Shown: positions 8,485 to 16,699, counted from the first letter of the stretch. The stretch is DNA of 18,672 nt from Candidatus Helarchaeota archaeon (GCA_029838215.1 JALGVI010000062.1:1-18672); one strand, 5' to 3'. The notes: generated by a model not told the origin, from the sequence alone. Translations and numbers: made by a program.

Positions 8485-8593
8485 GTCCTTGATTTTAACT
8501 ATAATCAAGGACAGGACAACAAATGATGGACGAATCCTGTTGTCTAGTGGATCGGTAGAAAGTCCTTACGTGGATTCTCCACCAGATTTCTAC
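8485..8593. other. Cluster of three adjacent stem-loops in a non-coding gap
   Basis: GTCCTTGATT/AATCAAGGAC (8485-8494/8503-8512, perfect 10 bp); GACAACA/TGTTGTC (8515-8521/8538-8544) enclosing GGA-CGAA-TCC; GTAGAAA/TTTCTAC (8555-8561/8587-8593) enclosing GTGGA-TTC-TCCAC. Confidence 0.4.
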
Positions 8594-8711
8594 AATCTTC
8601 TATAAAGCATTCTCCACGATCTTCTAAAACACAATGGATAAAAGATGGGGGCAATATCACGTTGTAAAACGAGATTATAGGACCTTCAACCATTTTTTTT
8701 AAACAATCTTC

Positions 8712-9530
8712 TTACTGAATTTCTTTCAGCTCGTAGCTAGTAGAACCAACACCATATTCTTGAGCAAGTTTGATGTATTTAATGTCAGTAGCATCCGCTT
8801 TTTTCTGAAGTGCCTTGCTAAGGTCCTTCAAAAATTTAAATCCTACATGATCAAGTGCTACGGGATCGATGCCTCCATATAGAATGCCGAGATCCGTTAT
8901 TTTTCCGCCGTGCCGTCTTTCATTTGCCTTGAGCATGGTCTTGATCCCGTCTACGATCGTAATGTTTTTAATTCCTAAATCCCGGTAGAGCGTCCAGTTT
9001 ACTTCCGCTATGACTTTATCAAGGCTTTTTAACGGAGTGTGTACCTTTATCCGTTCACCCTTTGAGAGAAAACCAAATGAGTTCTTTAAAGCACCTGTCA
9101 TGAAGCACCATGGATGAATTTTTAAAACGGGTAATGAAATAATTGTTGTCACGTCTTGAAATGGAGTGGTAGACATCTTAAATTTGAAATTTCGTGGTGT
9201 TTGAACGCGTTTCATTTTCTTATCATAAATGCTAATTAGTGGAATTCCAATCTCATCGCAAATTGCTTGAAAAGAAGATTTTTTCACGGAAAACAAAGGC
9301 ACGTCCACCGCAGGTCCTTCTACAACTTGGACCGAACAAGATTGAGTCAAAAGATATTCCAAAACTGCACGAAACAAAGAAAGATCTGTTGTCGTTGGAT
9401 ATTCTTCATGAGACACGATATTCGGCTTTACCAACACGTTCCCTGAGAGAAATTCCTTATACTTTTCGAGTAAAAGCCTTGCAAATTCTTCTTTTTCGAG
9501 AGTCTTGGAAAAAAAAACAGTTGATGTCAT
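8712..9530 (-). CDS. DUF362 protein without ferredoxin insert, copy B
   Basis: NVLVKPNIV..PTTTD, VVEG, ISLPVLKIH..MTGALKNSFG, IVDGI and DPVALD. Confidence 0.85.
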   Translation of the reverse strand: MTSTVFFSKTLEKEEFARLLLEKYKEFLSGNVLVKPNIVSHEEYPTTTDLSLFRAVLEYLLTQSCSVQVVEGPAVDVPLFSVKKSSFQAICDEIGIPLISIYDKKMKRVQTPRNFKFKMSTTPFQDVTTIISLPVLKIHPWCFMTGALKNSFGFLSKGERIKVHTPLKSLDKVIAEVNWTLYRDLGIKNITIVDGIKTMLKANERRHGGKITDLGILYGGIDPVALDHVGFKFLKDLSKALQKKADATDIKYIKLAQEYGVGSTSYELKEIQ

Positions 9531-9618
9531 CGTTGTTTAATTCTCGATGGCATTCTTATATTTTTTCTCATTCTTTCGTTAAAAGCAATGATTTTGAATC
9601 TTTCTCCATCTCCTTTAC

Positions 9619-9630
9619 TTATTATAATAA
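9619..9630. promoter_or_regulatory. AT-rich palindrome / putative TATA element in the divergent DUF362B-DUF72B intergenic region
   Basis: TTATTATAATAA is a perfect 12-bp palindrome 20-31 nt upstream of ATG 9650. Confidence 0.3.
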
Positions 9631-9649
9631 TAGAAGTTGATCTTAGCTC

Positions 9650-10603
9650 ATGAGAGAACTCTTCATTGGATGTGGTGGGTGGCAATTTTTTAACGTTCCC
9701 GGAGACAAGCTTTCGCAATATGCATCCGTTTATAACTTCGTTGAAGTGAACCGGACTTTTTATGGATTTCCTTCTCGAAATCAATGTCTTCAGTGGAAGA
9801 AAGCCACGAAAGGGAAAAACTTTCGGTTTGCTCTTAAATGTAATCGCCAAATAACCCACGACAATCTCTTGGAGCCCACGGAAGAAAATTTCATTCTAAT
9901 GGAGAAAATGATAGAACTCTGCAGGGATTTGGATGCCGTTGCCTTGGTCTTTCAGACTCCGATTTTTCGATTGACGGATTCAAAGCTCCGGAGAATTGAA
10001 GATTTCTTTGAACAAGTAAGGGTTGACGACGTGCCATTTACATGGGAAATACGCGGTGACCTGTCATCCTTGCCATCATCGTGCCTTGATGCATTAAAAA
10101 ACATATTTAAAACCAATTCAATTACTCATTGTACTGATTTCAGCCGTTCCATTCGACCACTACACGTTGCAGACGTGGCATACACGCGAATTTTCGGATT
10201 GGGACGGAAAAACATGTGGCAACTATCTGATCCCGAAATCATCCTTCTTCATAAACAATTGTATTCATTTCTCAAGGACTCCACAACTGTCGTGTCGTTT
10301 CATACCCAACGCATGGAGATAGATGCTGCTCGATTGAAGACATATCACGATTCAAAATCCCTCATGCCGACTTCTACTACGATTGGTCTAAAAGCCTTCA
10401 TGGAACGGATCGCCGAATTTGATCGATTTCCCATTTCAAAGAAAGAGCTACTTGCGGCACATGGGTGGAAGATTTTCGATCTCACGATGAAATTGCGTCC
10501 TCGGATGAATCAAATCTTGGATTTGTTACCACGGCGCGAGTATCATTCATTTGAAGGGATAGAAAAAGAAGTTAAGAATATTATCTCTCCATCGCATGAT
10601 TAG
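9650..10603 (+). CDS. DUF72 protein, copy B, with a C-terminal DUF2795-like extension
   Basis: FIGCGGWQ, FVEVNRTFY, FRFALK, LVFQTP, WEIRG and AYTRIFG. The extension FPISKKELL...ILDLLPRREYHSFEGIEKEV is absent from copy A. Confidence 0.85.
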   Translation: MRELFIGCGGWQFFNVPGDKLSQYASVYNFVEVNRTFYGFPSRNQCLQWKKATKGKNFRFALKCNRQITHDNLLEPTEENFILMEKMIELCRDLDAVALVFQTPIFRLTDSKLRRIEDFFEQVRVDDVPFTWEIRGDLSSLPSSCLDALKNIFKTNSITHCTDFSRSIRPLHVADVAYTRIFGLGRKNMWQLSDPEIILLHKQLYSFLKDSTTVVSFHTQRMEIDAARLKTYHDSKSLMPTSTTIGLKAFMERIAEFDRFPISKKELLAAHGWKIFDLTMKLRPRMNQILDLLPRREYHSFEGIEKEVKNIISPSHD

Positions 10604-10620
10604 GGAGATGTTTTGGCAAT

Positions 10621-11970
10621 TCATTTATTCCTAATTTTCTTTATTATTTGTTCCACTTGCTCGATTGCGGTTCCAATGTAATTTTTTGGGTCAAGCCACT
10701 CATCCAATTCCTTTTCTGTAACATTTGCGGCGATTTCTTTATCTTGCAATAGACCTTCTTTATAAGGTCGTTCTTCATCGCGGCATTTAATTCCGATTGT
10801 TCGGAGTTTTTCATGAACATCTTGCCTGCTTAATCCCTTCTCGACCAATTTTATCATGATTTTCTCGGCAAAAATCTGTCCGCTCGTTAATTGTAGATTT
10901 CGTTCGATGTTTTTGAAATTAAATTCCAGCTCTTCCAAGATGAAAATCATTTGATCAAGGATATAATCTAAAAGAATGAATGTTTCAGGAAAAATAATGC
11001 GTTCTACGGCGGAATTTGAAAGATCTCGTTCGTGTTCTACCAGTGCGGCATTCTCAAGGATGGGAAAGAGATTTGCTTGAATCACGCGATAAATTCCACA
11101 CACGCGTTCGACCTTGTGCGGATTTCGTTTCGTGGCCATCGTGCTTGAGCCGACCTGCTTTTTCGAGTATGGTTCAAAAACCTCTGCGATTTCCGTTCGT
11201 TGCAGATTCCGGATCTCCTTCCCAATTTTCGATAAAGTTGTCCCAATTAATACAAGAACTGAAAAGATTTCGGCGTGTAGATCACGGGGAACAATTTGTG
11301 TTGAAATGTCACTGGGCTTGAGATCTAGTTGCTTCATTACATTATCTTGAATTTTGAATCCATTTTCGCCGAAGGAAGCCATGGTTCCAACTGCTCCTGA
11401 CATTTTTCCCACCAGATTGTTCTCCAAAAGTGAGGAAATGCGTTGTAGGTGTCGATTAAATTCAACTGCATATCCTGCAAACTTCATTCCATGCGTTGTT
11501 GGGATGGCATGTTGCCCATGAGTTCTTCCAATGCAAATCGTTTCCTTGTGTTTTTCAGCCTGATTCAGCGTTATTTCTTTTAGTTTTTCGACCTTGTTTT
11601 TAATAATTTGTAACGCATCTCTTAAGACAAGCGACCATGCCGTATCCACTATGTCGTAGCTCGTTGCTCCTAAATGTATGTAATTACCTGCATCTCCATC
11701 ACACGCTTCCGCAAGAGCACGCACCATTGCCATTATGTCGTGGTCTATTTCCCGTTCAATTTCTTTCACGCGTGAGAGCTTCACGTATTGCAAAGTGGCT
11801 TTTTTCTTGATTTCTTTAGCCGCCTCTTTTGGAATACCTCCGATTTTGGCATGTGCCAATGCCAGTGCGGCTTCGACATCCAACCATTTTTGTAATTTAT
11901 ATTCTTCCATGAAGACTTTCTTCATCTCTGGAGTGTTATATCGATATTCAATCGGATGGACTAATCCCAT
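10621..11970 (-). CDS. purB: Adenylosuccinate lyase
   Basis: HPIEYRY, HDIMA, IHLGATSYD, GRTHGQHA, GKMSGAVGT, signature GSSTMATKRNP and HERDLSNS. ATG 11970 is preceded by a GGTGA RBS. Confidence 0.95.
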   Translation of the reverse strand: MGLVHPIEYRYNTPEMKKVFMEEYKLQKWLDVEAALALAHAKIGGIPKEAAKEIKKKATLQYVKLSRVKEIEREIDHDIMAMVRALAEACDGDAGNYIHLGATSYDIVDTAWSLVLRDALQIIKNKVEKLKEITLNQAEKHKETICIGRTHGQHAIPTTHGMKFAGYAVEFNRHLQRISSLLENNLVGKMSGAVGTMASFGENGFKIQDNVMKQLDLKPSDISTQIVPRDLHAEIFSVLVLIGTTLSKIGKEIRNLQRTEIAEVFEPYSKKQVGSSTMATKRNPHKVERVCGIYRVIQANLFPILENAALVEHERDLSNSAVERIIFPETFILLDYILDQMIFILEELEFNFKNIERNLQLTSGQIFAEKIMIKLVEKGLSRQDVHEKLRTIGIKCRDEERPYKEGLLQDKEIAANVTEKELDEWLDPKNYIGTAIEQVEQIIKKIRNK

Positions 11971-12045
11971 TACATCACCATGCACAAAATTATAAACCTA
12001 ATAGACAATAACCACGTCAGAATTTAATATTTTCTTTCATGTAAT

Positions 12046-12600
12046 CTATCGAAATTGCTTTTTTTCATATTTCCTAATAATTCTGGTGAGTTCATCTCGA
12101 ACTAACTTGTACAAGTTTACGATTACTTGATGCGGACTCAGTTCTAAAACCATGAAAGATGGAATTCCTGAAGCCACGAAACTCCATGCTCCAACCGCAC
12201 TTCCGGGATTTAATAATAAAATTCCACCTTGGAAATGAATGAAATCGGAGTGAGTATGCCCTGAAATTAGCACGTGCACGTTTAATCGTTTCGCAACTTC
12301 TAAGAGTTGTTCTTTATCTCCGCGAGGATAAATGATGTGTCCATGAATTAAGCCGATCCTCCATCCATCGACTTCAAGGAGTTCACGATCAGGATGGGGA
12401 AATGCGGGATCCATGTTTCCGATGACGATTTTCATGGGAGCTATTTGCTCTAATTTTTGTTTAATATTTTCATGGATCAAGTCTCCCGTGCAGAGAATCC
12501 AATTAAATGAATTTGTTTCGATGAAGTCGTCTATTTCTACTGGTATTGCTTTTGCTCGTCTGGGAATGTGAAAATCACCGATGACGAGAATTCGAGTCAA
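12046..12600 (-). CDS. VPS29/MJ0936(YfcE)-family metallophosphoesterase
   Basis: GDFH, ILCTGD, GNMD, IGLIHGH, LISGHTH, NPGSAVGA and IPSF. TTG start with a GGTGA RBS overlapping the stop codon of the upstream hydratase. Confidence 0.9.
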   Translation of the reverse strand: MTRILVIGDFHIPRRAKAIPVEIDDFIETNSFNWILCTGDLIHENIKQKLEQIAPMKIVIGNMDPAFPHPDRELLEVDGWRIGLIHGHIIYPRGDKEQLLEVAKRLNVHVLISGHTHSDFIHFQGGILLLNPGSAVGAWSFVASGIPSFMVLELSPHQVIVNLYKLVRDELTRIIRKYEKKQFR

Positions 12601-12606
12601 GGACGG

Positions 12607-13371
12607 TCACCTCTTTGCTACTACTGAATGCAACTTGCGAAATGCTTCGGTCTTATTTTTCGAGGCAAATGCTTCAAAAATATCATCAATAAAAGCCATG
12701 TTTTCAGTCGTCGAAACTTCAAGTGAATTGATCATTCCAATTTTCGTGAGTCGGATCAAGTGCATTGATTTAGACGTGTACTTCTTGGCAAATTCAAGGA
12801 CTTCCTCATCAAACCGTTCTGGATCGATGATTTTCGAAATCAACCCATATTTTTTTGCGGATTCTATGTCAAATCGTTCCGTGCCGAAAGCTATTTCTTT
12901 TGCATTGGCCAATCCCACAACTTTTGGAAGGAGATTCAAACCTGCCCAAATTGGAATGAGCCCGATTCGTATTTCAGGCAAGCCAAATTGGGAGTCAGGA
13001 GTTGCAATGCGAAAATCACAAGAAATTGCTATCTCGAACCCTCCTGCCAGGGCGAATCCTCGAATTGCAGCAATCGTGATCTGTGGCAACGTATAGATGT
13101 CAAAACAAAGTTCTCTTCCTCTTTTTTGGAATTCTCGCGATTCTGCTGGACTCATGTTTGCTTTTAGATCATTTCCCGTTGAAAACGCTCGTCCATTGCC
13201 TTTAAAAATAACGACACGGGTTTTCGTATCGTCCTTGAGCTCTTGTATGATATTCGAGAATTTTCGTAAAGTCTGTATGTTAAAACAATTAAGCACGTCG
13301 GGACGATTAAAAACTATGGTCCGGATTCGTTTCGACGTGTCTTCAATGAAGATGGTTTCCTCACTTGTCAT
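12607..13371 (-). CDS. Enoyl-CoA hydratase/isomerase (crotonase) family protein
   Basis: FNRPDVLN, GRAFSTGND, AAIRGFALAGGFEIAISCDFRIA and FGLPEIRIGLIP; both catalytic Glu positions are present. Confidence 0.92.
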   Translation of the reverse strand: MTSEETIFIEDTSKRIRTIVFNRPDVLNCFNIQTLRKFSNIIQELKDDTKTRVVIFKGNGRAFSTGNDLKANMSPAESREFQKRGRELCFDIYTLPQITIAAIRGFALAGGFEIAISCDFRIATPDSQFGLPEIRIGLIPIWAGLNLLPKVVGLANAKEIAFGTERFDIESAKKYGLISKIIDPERFDEEVLEFAKKYTSKSMHLIRLTKIGMINSLEVSTTENMAFIDDIFEAFASKNKTEAFRKLHSVVAKR

Positions 13372-13516
13372 TTTCTTTCACTTTTCATCTGGAATTTTTA
13401 CAAGGGAGTTTTCTCCTTTGAATTTAAAAGATATTATCCATAAAACAATATTGAAAGTCGGAAAAAAGTATTTCAATCATGTAGAATTAAACCAAATCGA
13501 TGAAGAAGTGAATAAC

Positions 13517-14899
13517 GTGCCAAAATACATCGTCATTGTTGGTGCTGGTGCAGCGGGACTCTTCGCTGCGTGTAAATTGACCGAGAAAGGGCTCGCTGAT
13601 ACGAAAATCACGATTATTGATCAGGGACCGAATGCATTAGACCGCAAATGTCCTCTGATAAAGGACTATCGAAGGTGTGCTCGTTGTAAACCCTGCAACA
13701 TGTTGTCGGGTGTTGGTGGTGCGGGCACGTATTCATCCGGACTTCTGAATTTGAATCCCAAGATCGGAGGAGACTTAATTGAAATTGTCGGTGACGAACG
13801 ACTTGCGAATGAGTTCATTCAACAAGTAGATGATATTTTTGTCAAACACGGAGCTCCCACTAAAAAATACATGCCATCTCCCAAAAATATTGAAGAAATA
13901 AAAGCCAAGGCAGGGCTCGTGGGTATTAAATTTATTCCTTCCATTCAAAGACACATAGGAACTGAAAATGCCCCTCAAATCATAAATAACATCCAGACGT
14001 ACTTGGAAAAACAAGGCGTGACGTTCCGGGTGAACACCAAAGTTAAACGAGTCGAGACAGATCATGTTGTTTTAGATAATGATAAAATTATTAATTTTAA
14101 TTATTGCTTGCTGGCTCCGGGAAGAGTTGGCATGACGTGGTTAGCCAATGAACTTCAACGATTGGGTGTAAAAACAACTTATGAACCAATTTCGATTGGT
14201 GTCCGTGTAGAAGTTCCTTCATTCATAATGGAATCGATTTGTTCAATTGAACGGGATCCAAAATTTCACATCTATCCAAATACCTACGATGATTTCGTGC
14301 GGACGTTCTGTGTCAACCATGAGGGATTTGTCGTAATGGAACGATATTCCGATGGGTCACTCGCCACGAATGGTCATTCTTTTATAACTGAAAAATCGTC
14401 AAATTCGAATTTTGCGCTTTTAGTTCAAATACGATTGACGAAACCATTAGAGGACACGACTGCTTACGGGCGAGCAATCGCTGCAAATTGCGCAACCTTG
14501 GGTGGAGGAAAACCCATAGTACAACGATTGTCTGATATCCGACATGGAAGACGGTCCAAGGAAAGCAAGATGAAAACAAATCTCGTTCAACCGACGTTAA
14601 AAAATGCAACACCGGGAGACATATCAATGGCACTTCCGCATCGCATCTTTACCGACATAATAGAAGCCATTGAAAAGCTGGAAACAATCATCCCTGGCGT
14701 TGCTGCTCCCAGCACGTTATTATATGCTCCTGAAATAAAATATTCGGCGAAAAAAGTCGAGACCGACCCGCATCTTGAAACAGCTGCTGAGAATATATTT
14801 GTTGCAGGTGACGGAGCTGGTTTATCTCGCGGCATTATTGGAGCTGCCGTTACTGGCTTTGTGGCTGCAGAGGGAATTCTAAGAAAATTACAGGTCTAA
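13517..14899 (+). CDS. NAD(P)/FAD-dependent oxidoreductase (uncharacterised FAD-dependent dehydrogenase family) with N-terminal Cys cluster
   Basis: IVIVGAGAAG Rossmann motif, CP-x6-CxxCxPC, GVGGAGTYSSG, VRTFCVNHEGFV, NSNFALL, LYAPEIKY and FVAGDGAGLSRGI. The real start is probably GTG 13517 or 13508, not 13097. Confidence 0.85.
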   Translation: MPKYIVIVGAGAAGLFAACKLTEKGLADTKITIIDQGPNALDRKCPLIKDYRRCARCKPCNMLSGVGGAGTYSSGLLNLNPKIGGDLIEIVGDERLANEFIQQVDDIFVKHGAPTKKYMPSPKNIEEIKAKAGLVGIKFIPSIQRHIGTENAPQIINNIQTYLEKQGVTFRVNTKVKRVETDHVVLDNDKIINFNYCLLAPGRVGMTWLANELQRLGVKTTYEPISIGVRVEVPSFIMESICSIERDPKFHIYPNTYDDFVRTFCVNHEGFVVMERYSDGSLATNGHSFITEKSSNSNFALLVQIRLTKPLEDTTAYGRAIAANCATLGGGKPIVQRLSDIRHGRRSKESKMKTNLVQPTLKNATPGDISMALPHRIFTDIIEAIEKLETIIPGVAAPSTLLYAPEIKYSAKKVETDPHLETAAENIFVAGDGAGLSRGIIGAAVTGFVAAEGILRKLQV

Positions 14900-14910
14900 A
14901 AATGATGAAT

Positions 14911-14940
14911 TCTTTTTGAAAGATAGAAAAAATAAAAAAA
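14911..14940. terminator. Oligo-T tracts between convergent oxidoreductase and Ntn-hydrolase genes
   Basis: TCTTTTT on + and A6/A7 runs (T tracts on -) at 14927-14940. Confidence 0.4.
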
Positions 14941-16236
14941 TTAATAGATGGGTCCAACGACTGGGTTAGAGTTATCAAAGCTAACAACGTAGAAATCGCC
15001 GAATGAAGGTTGGCACAGCGTGACTAACGTGTAATTTAGCAATGGACACATTATGAAAGAAGCCATGCTCCCGCTGGGAATGAATTTAGTATATAAATCC
15101 AAGTTATCGATGCTCCTATCACCACCGAGATTGAAGTTCAAAACCGGATCCCATTGATTTCGAAGAGTTTGCATTGCTTCATATGGTCCAAATTGTTGTG
15201 TTGCATTTGCTTGAGCCATGAGCTGGTTCATTGTATTCCAACGATTATAGGTATTTCCGACGTTTGGTATTCCATCATATTTGGAGATCATTGCACTCGA
15301 CGTGAAATGGTTTGCCGCAGCAAGCCAGCCCACGTATTCACCATTTGCCGTATCACCTTCCCATCTCGTGTAGCTGTTTTGATTGGTGGTTTCGACCATT
15401 GCAGCCGTGCCATCCAAGTCAAGAACTCCGTAGTTCCAGCCACTCGTCTGATTTTGATAGGAATGCGTCCGTCCGTCGCTAATCGAATACGAACCATTCA
15501 ATATGGCCGTGCCAATCGAAGCATTATCTGCATAGTTCAAGGCATCACGAATGGCGAGAACTGCTGGAATGCCCAAGCCAACCTCCTTGGTGTCCACTAG
15601 TGAAACGGAAACGCAAACACCATCTGAGTTCATGCCTCCTAGGAGACCTACCATTCCTGCAATCGTATGACCGATTACAGCTTTTCCCGATGGTGGAAAG
15701 ATGCGAAGGACCACTTGAAAATTATCCAAGATATGGTTTGGGAAATAATCCAGATTTCGTCCATAAATTGGTCCTGCAGCAGTATTTGTTTTATTTGCAA
15801 AGATGAATTGCGTGCATGCCATGATGTTGTCTGCCGCGTAGTTCAAGATGTCCGCAAATGCATTTATCAGGATTATTGTCGAATTCGGTACTCCTGCTCC
15901 TCGGGCGACTCCATTCATTTCATCCAAGAGATACGGAGGAATATATGGTTCGATCTCTGCGATAAATTGGGCAGAACTCGTGAATCCCGCCGCAATACCT
16001 ATTATGCCCTGAAAGGCGCGAATCTGTTCTCGGCACTGCATGCCGTAACTGACTCCGAGTTCATAATGCGTGGAACCCTGGATCGTAATGACTTTCGTGG
16101 GCACCTCGAATTTGTCCAGCCAGAAGTACGCAAGACCAAATCCAAAGATGAAAAGTTTGTCCAGCCAGAAGTACGCAAGACCAAATCCAAAGATGAAAAG
16201 TATCAATATCAAGATTGCAGCATATTTCTTATTCAT
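14941..16236 (-). CDS. Membrane-anchored Ntn-hydrolase (peptidase C45 / acid ceramidase-like autoproteolytic Cys hydrolase)
   Basis: N-terminal K-K plus hydrophobic anchor, GSTHYELG..YG, LLDEMNGVARGAG, predicted nucleophile in MA|C141TQF, GRNLDY, GMNSDGV and ANHF. Confidence 0.85.
   Translation of the reverse strand: MNKKYAAILILILFIFGFGLAYFWLDKLFIFGFGLAYFWLDKFEVPTKVITIQGSTHYELGVSYGMQCREQIRAFQGIIGIAAGFTSSAQFIAEIEPYIPPYLLDEMNGVARGAGVPNSTIILINAFADILNYAADNIMACTQFIFANKTNTAAGPIYGRNLDYFPNHILDNFQVVLRIFPPSGKAVIGHTIAGMVGLLGGMNSDGVCVSVSLVDTKEVGLGIPAVLAIRDALNYADNASIGTAILNGSYSISDGRTHSYQNQTSGWNYGVLDLDGTAAMVETTNQNSYTRWEGDTANGEYVGWLAAANHFTSSAMISKYDGIPNVGNTYNRWNTMNQLMAQANATQQFGPYEAMQTLRNQWDPVLNFNLGGDRSIDNLDLYTKFIPSGSMASFIMCPLLNYTLVTLCQPSFGDFYVVSFDNSNPVVGPIY
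16111..16200. repeat. Perfect 45-bp tandem duplication (2 copies) inside the Ntn-hydrolase anchor
   Basis: TTTGTCCAGCCAGAAGTACGCAAGACCAAATCCAAAGATGAAAAG occurs at 16111-16155 and 16156-16200. It encodes LFIFGFGLAYFWLDK twice. Confidence 0.97.
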
Positions 16237-16248
16237 GACATCATCTCC

Positions 16249-16698
16249 TTAATCCTCGTTTGAAGCAACGTAGCCACCTATACAGCCTCCTACTATAATA
16301 CATGTTATGAAGACAATCGAGTATATTAGATTAAACGTGAGAATCGATAAAAGTCCCAACAAGATCGCGATGATTGTGCTGGAGACAATGGCTTTTTTCA
16401 CTGTCACTGCAAGGAATCCCGTCAGGGCACCTCCCATGACCAAACTCACCCCAATGCCGATCAACATGAACAGGGAAATGGAACCTGAAATTTGAATCGG
16501 GAAAAAGAGTGTCAAGTACGGGATGATGATGACGATTTGAGGTAGGGATACGTTAGAAATCACGAGCATTTCTGGTAAGAATGGAATACTCATCATTCCC
16601 ACGAGGGAAATTGAGAAGAGAACCAAGCACGCCAATAATCCGATGAAACTGCTGATAATCGTTCGCAAGAATTTAACGGCAAATCTGTCTTCATCCAT
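16249..16698 (-). CDS. Small multi-pass membrane protein of unknown function
   Basis: About 4-5 hydrophobic segments with GGxxxG / GGxxGG helix-packing motifs. Lies 1 nt after the upstream stop and 12 nt before the Ntn-hydrolase start. Confidence 0.75.
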   Translation of the reverse strand: MDEDRFAVKFLRTIISSFIGLLACLVLFSISLVGMMSIPFLPEMLVISNVSLPQIVIIIPYLTLFFPIQISGSISLFMLIGIGVSLVMGGALTGFLAVTVKKAIVSSTIIAILLGLLSILTFNLIYSIVFITCIIVGGCIGGYVASNED

Positions 16699-16699
16699 T

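Noticed and set aside
8485-8593. tRNA, SECIS or C/D-box sRNA interpretation of the hairpins
   Set aside because: No cloverleaf or T-loop consensus. AUGAUGG only resembles box C and has no properly placed CUGA box D. I saw no in-frame UGA selenoprotein candidate nearby.
12581-13096. 171-aa + strand ORF
   Set aside because: Antisense shadow of the well-supported hydratase gene, with no recognisable motifs.
13097-13516. N-terminal 140-aa extension of the 600-aa ORF
   Set aside because: It overlaps the enoyl-CoA hydratase antisense and the divergent promoter region. The Rossmann motif begins right after GTG 13508/13517.
16111-16200. Possible mini-CRISPR array
   Set aside because: The two copies are directly adjacent with no spacer and lie in frame inside a CDS.
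15667-16263. 198-aa + strand ORF with repeated FVQPEVRKTKSKDEK
   Set aside because: Antisense shadow of the Ntn-hydrolase. The peptide repeat is just the 45-bp duplication read on the other strand.
427-16495. Remaining short overlapping ORFs in the track (e.g. 427-789, 2350-2544, 3479-3766, 4550-4930, 7395-7766, 9239-9640, 9527-9859, 11016-11350, 15154-15806)
   Set aside because: All overlap longer genes with clear family motifs and show no independent coding signal.
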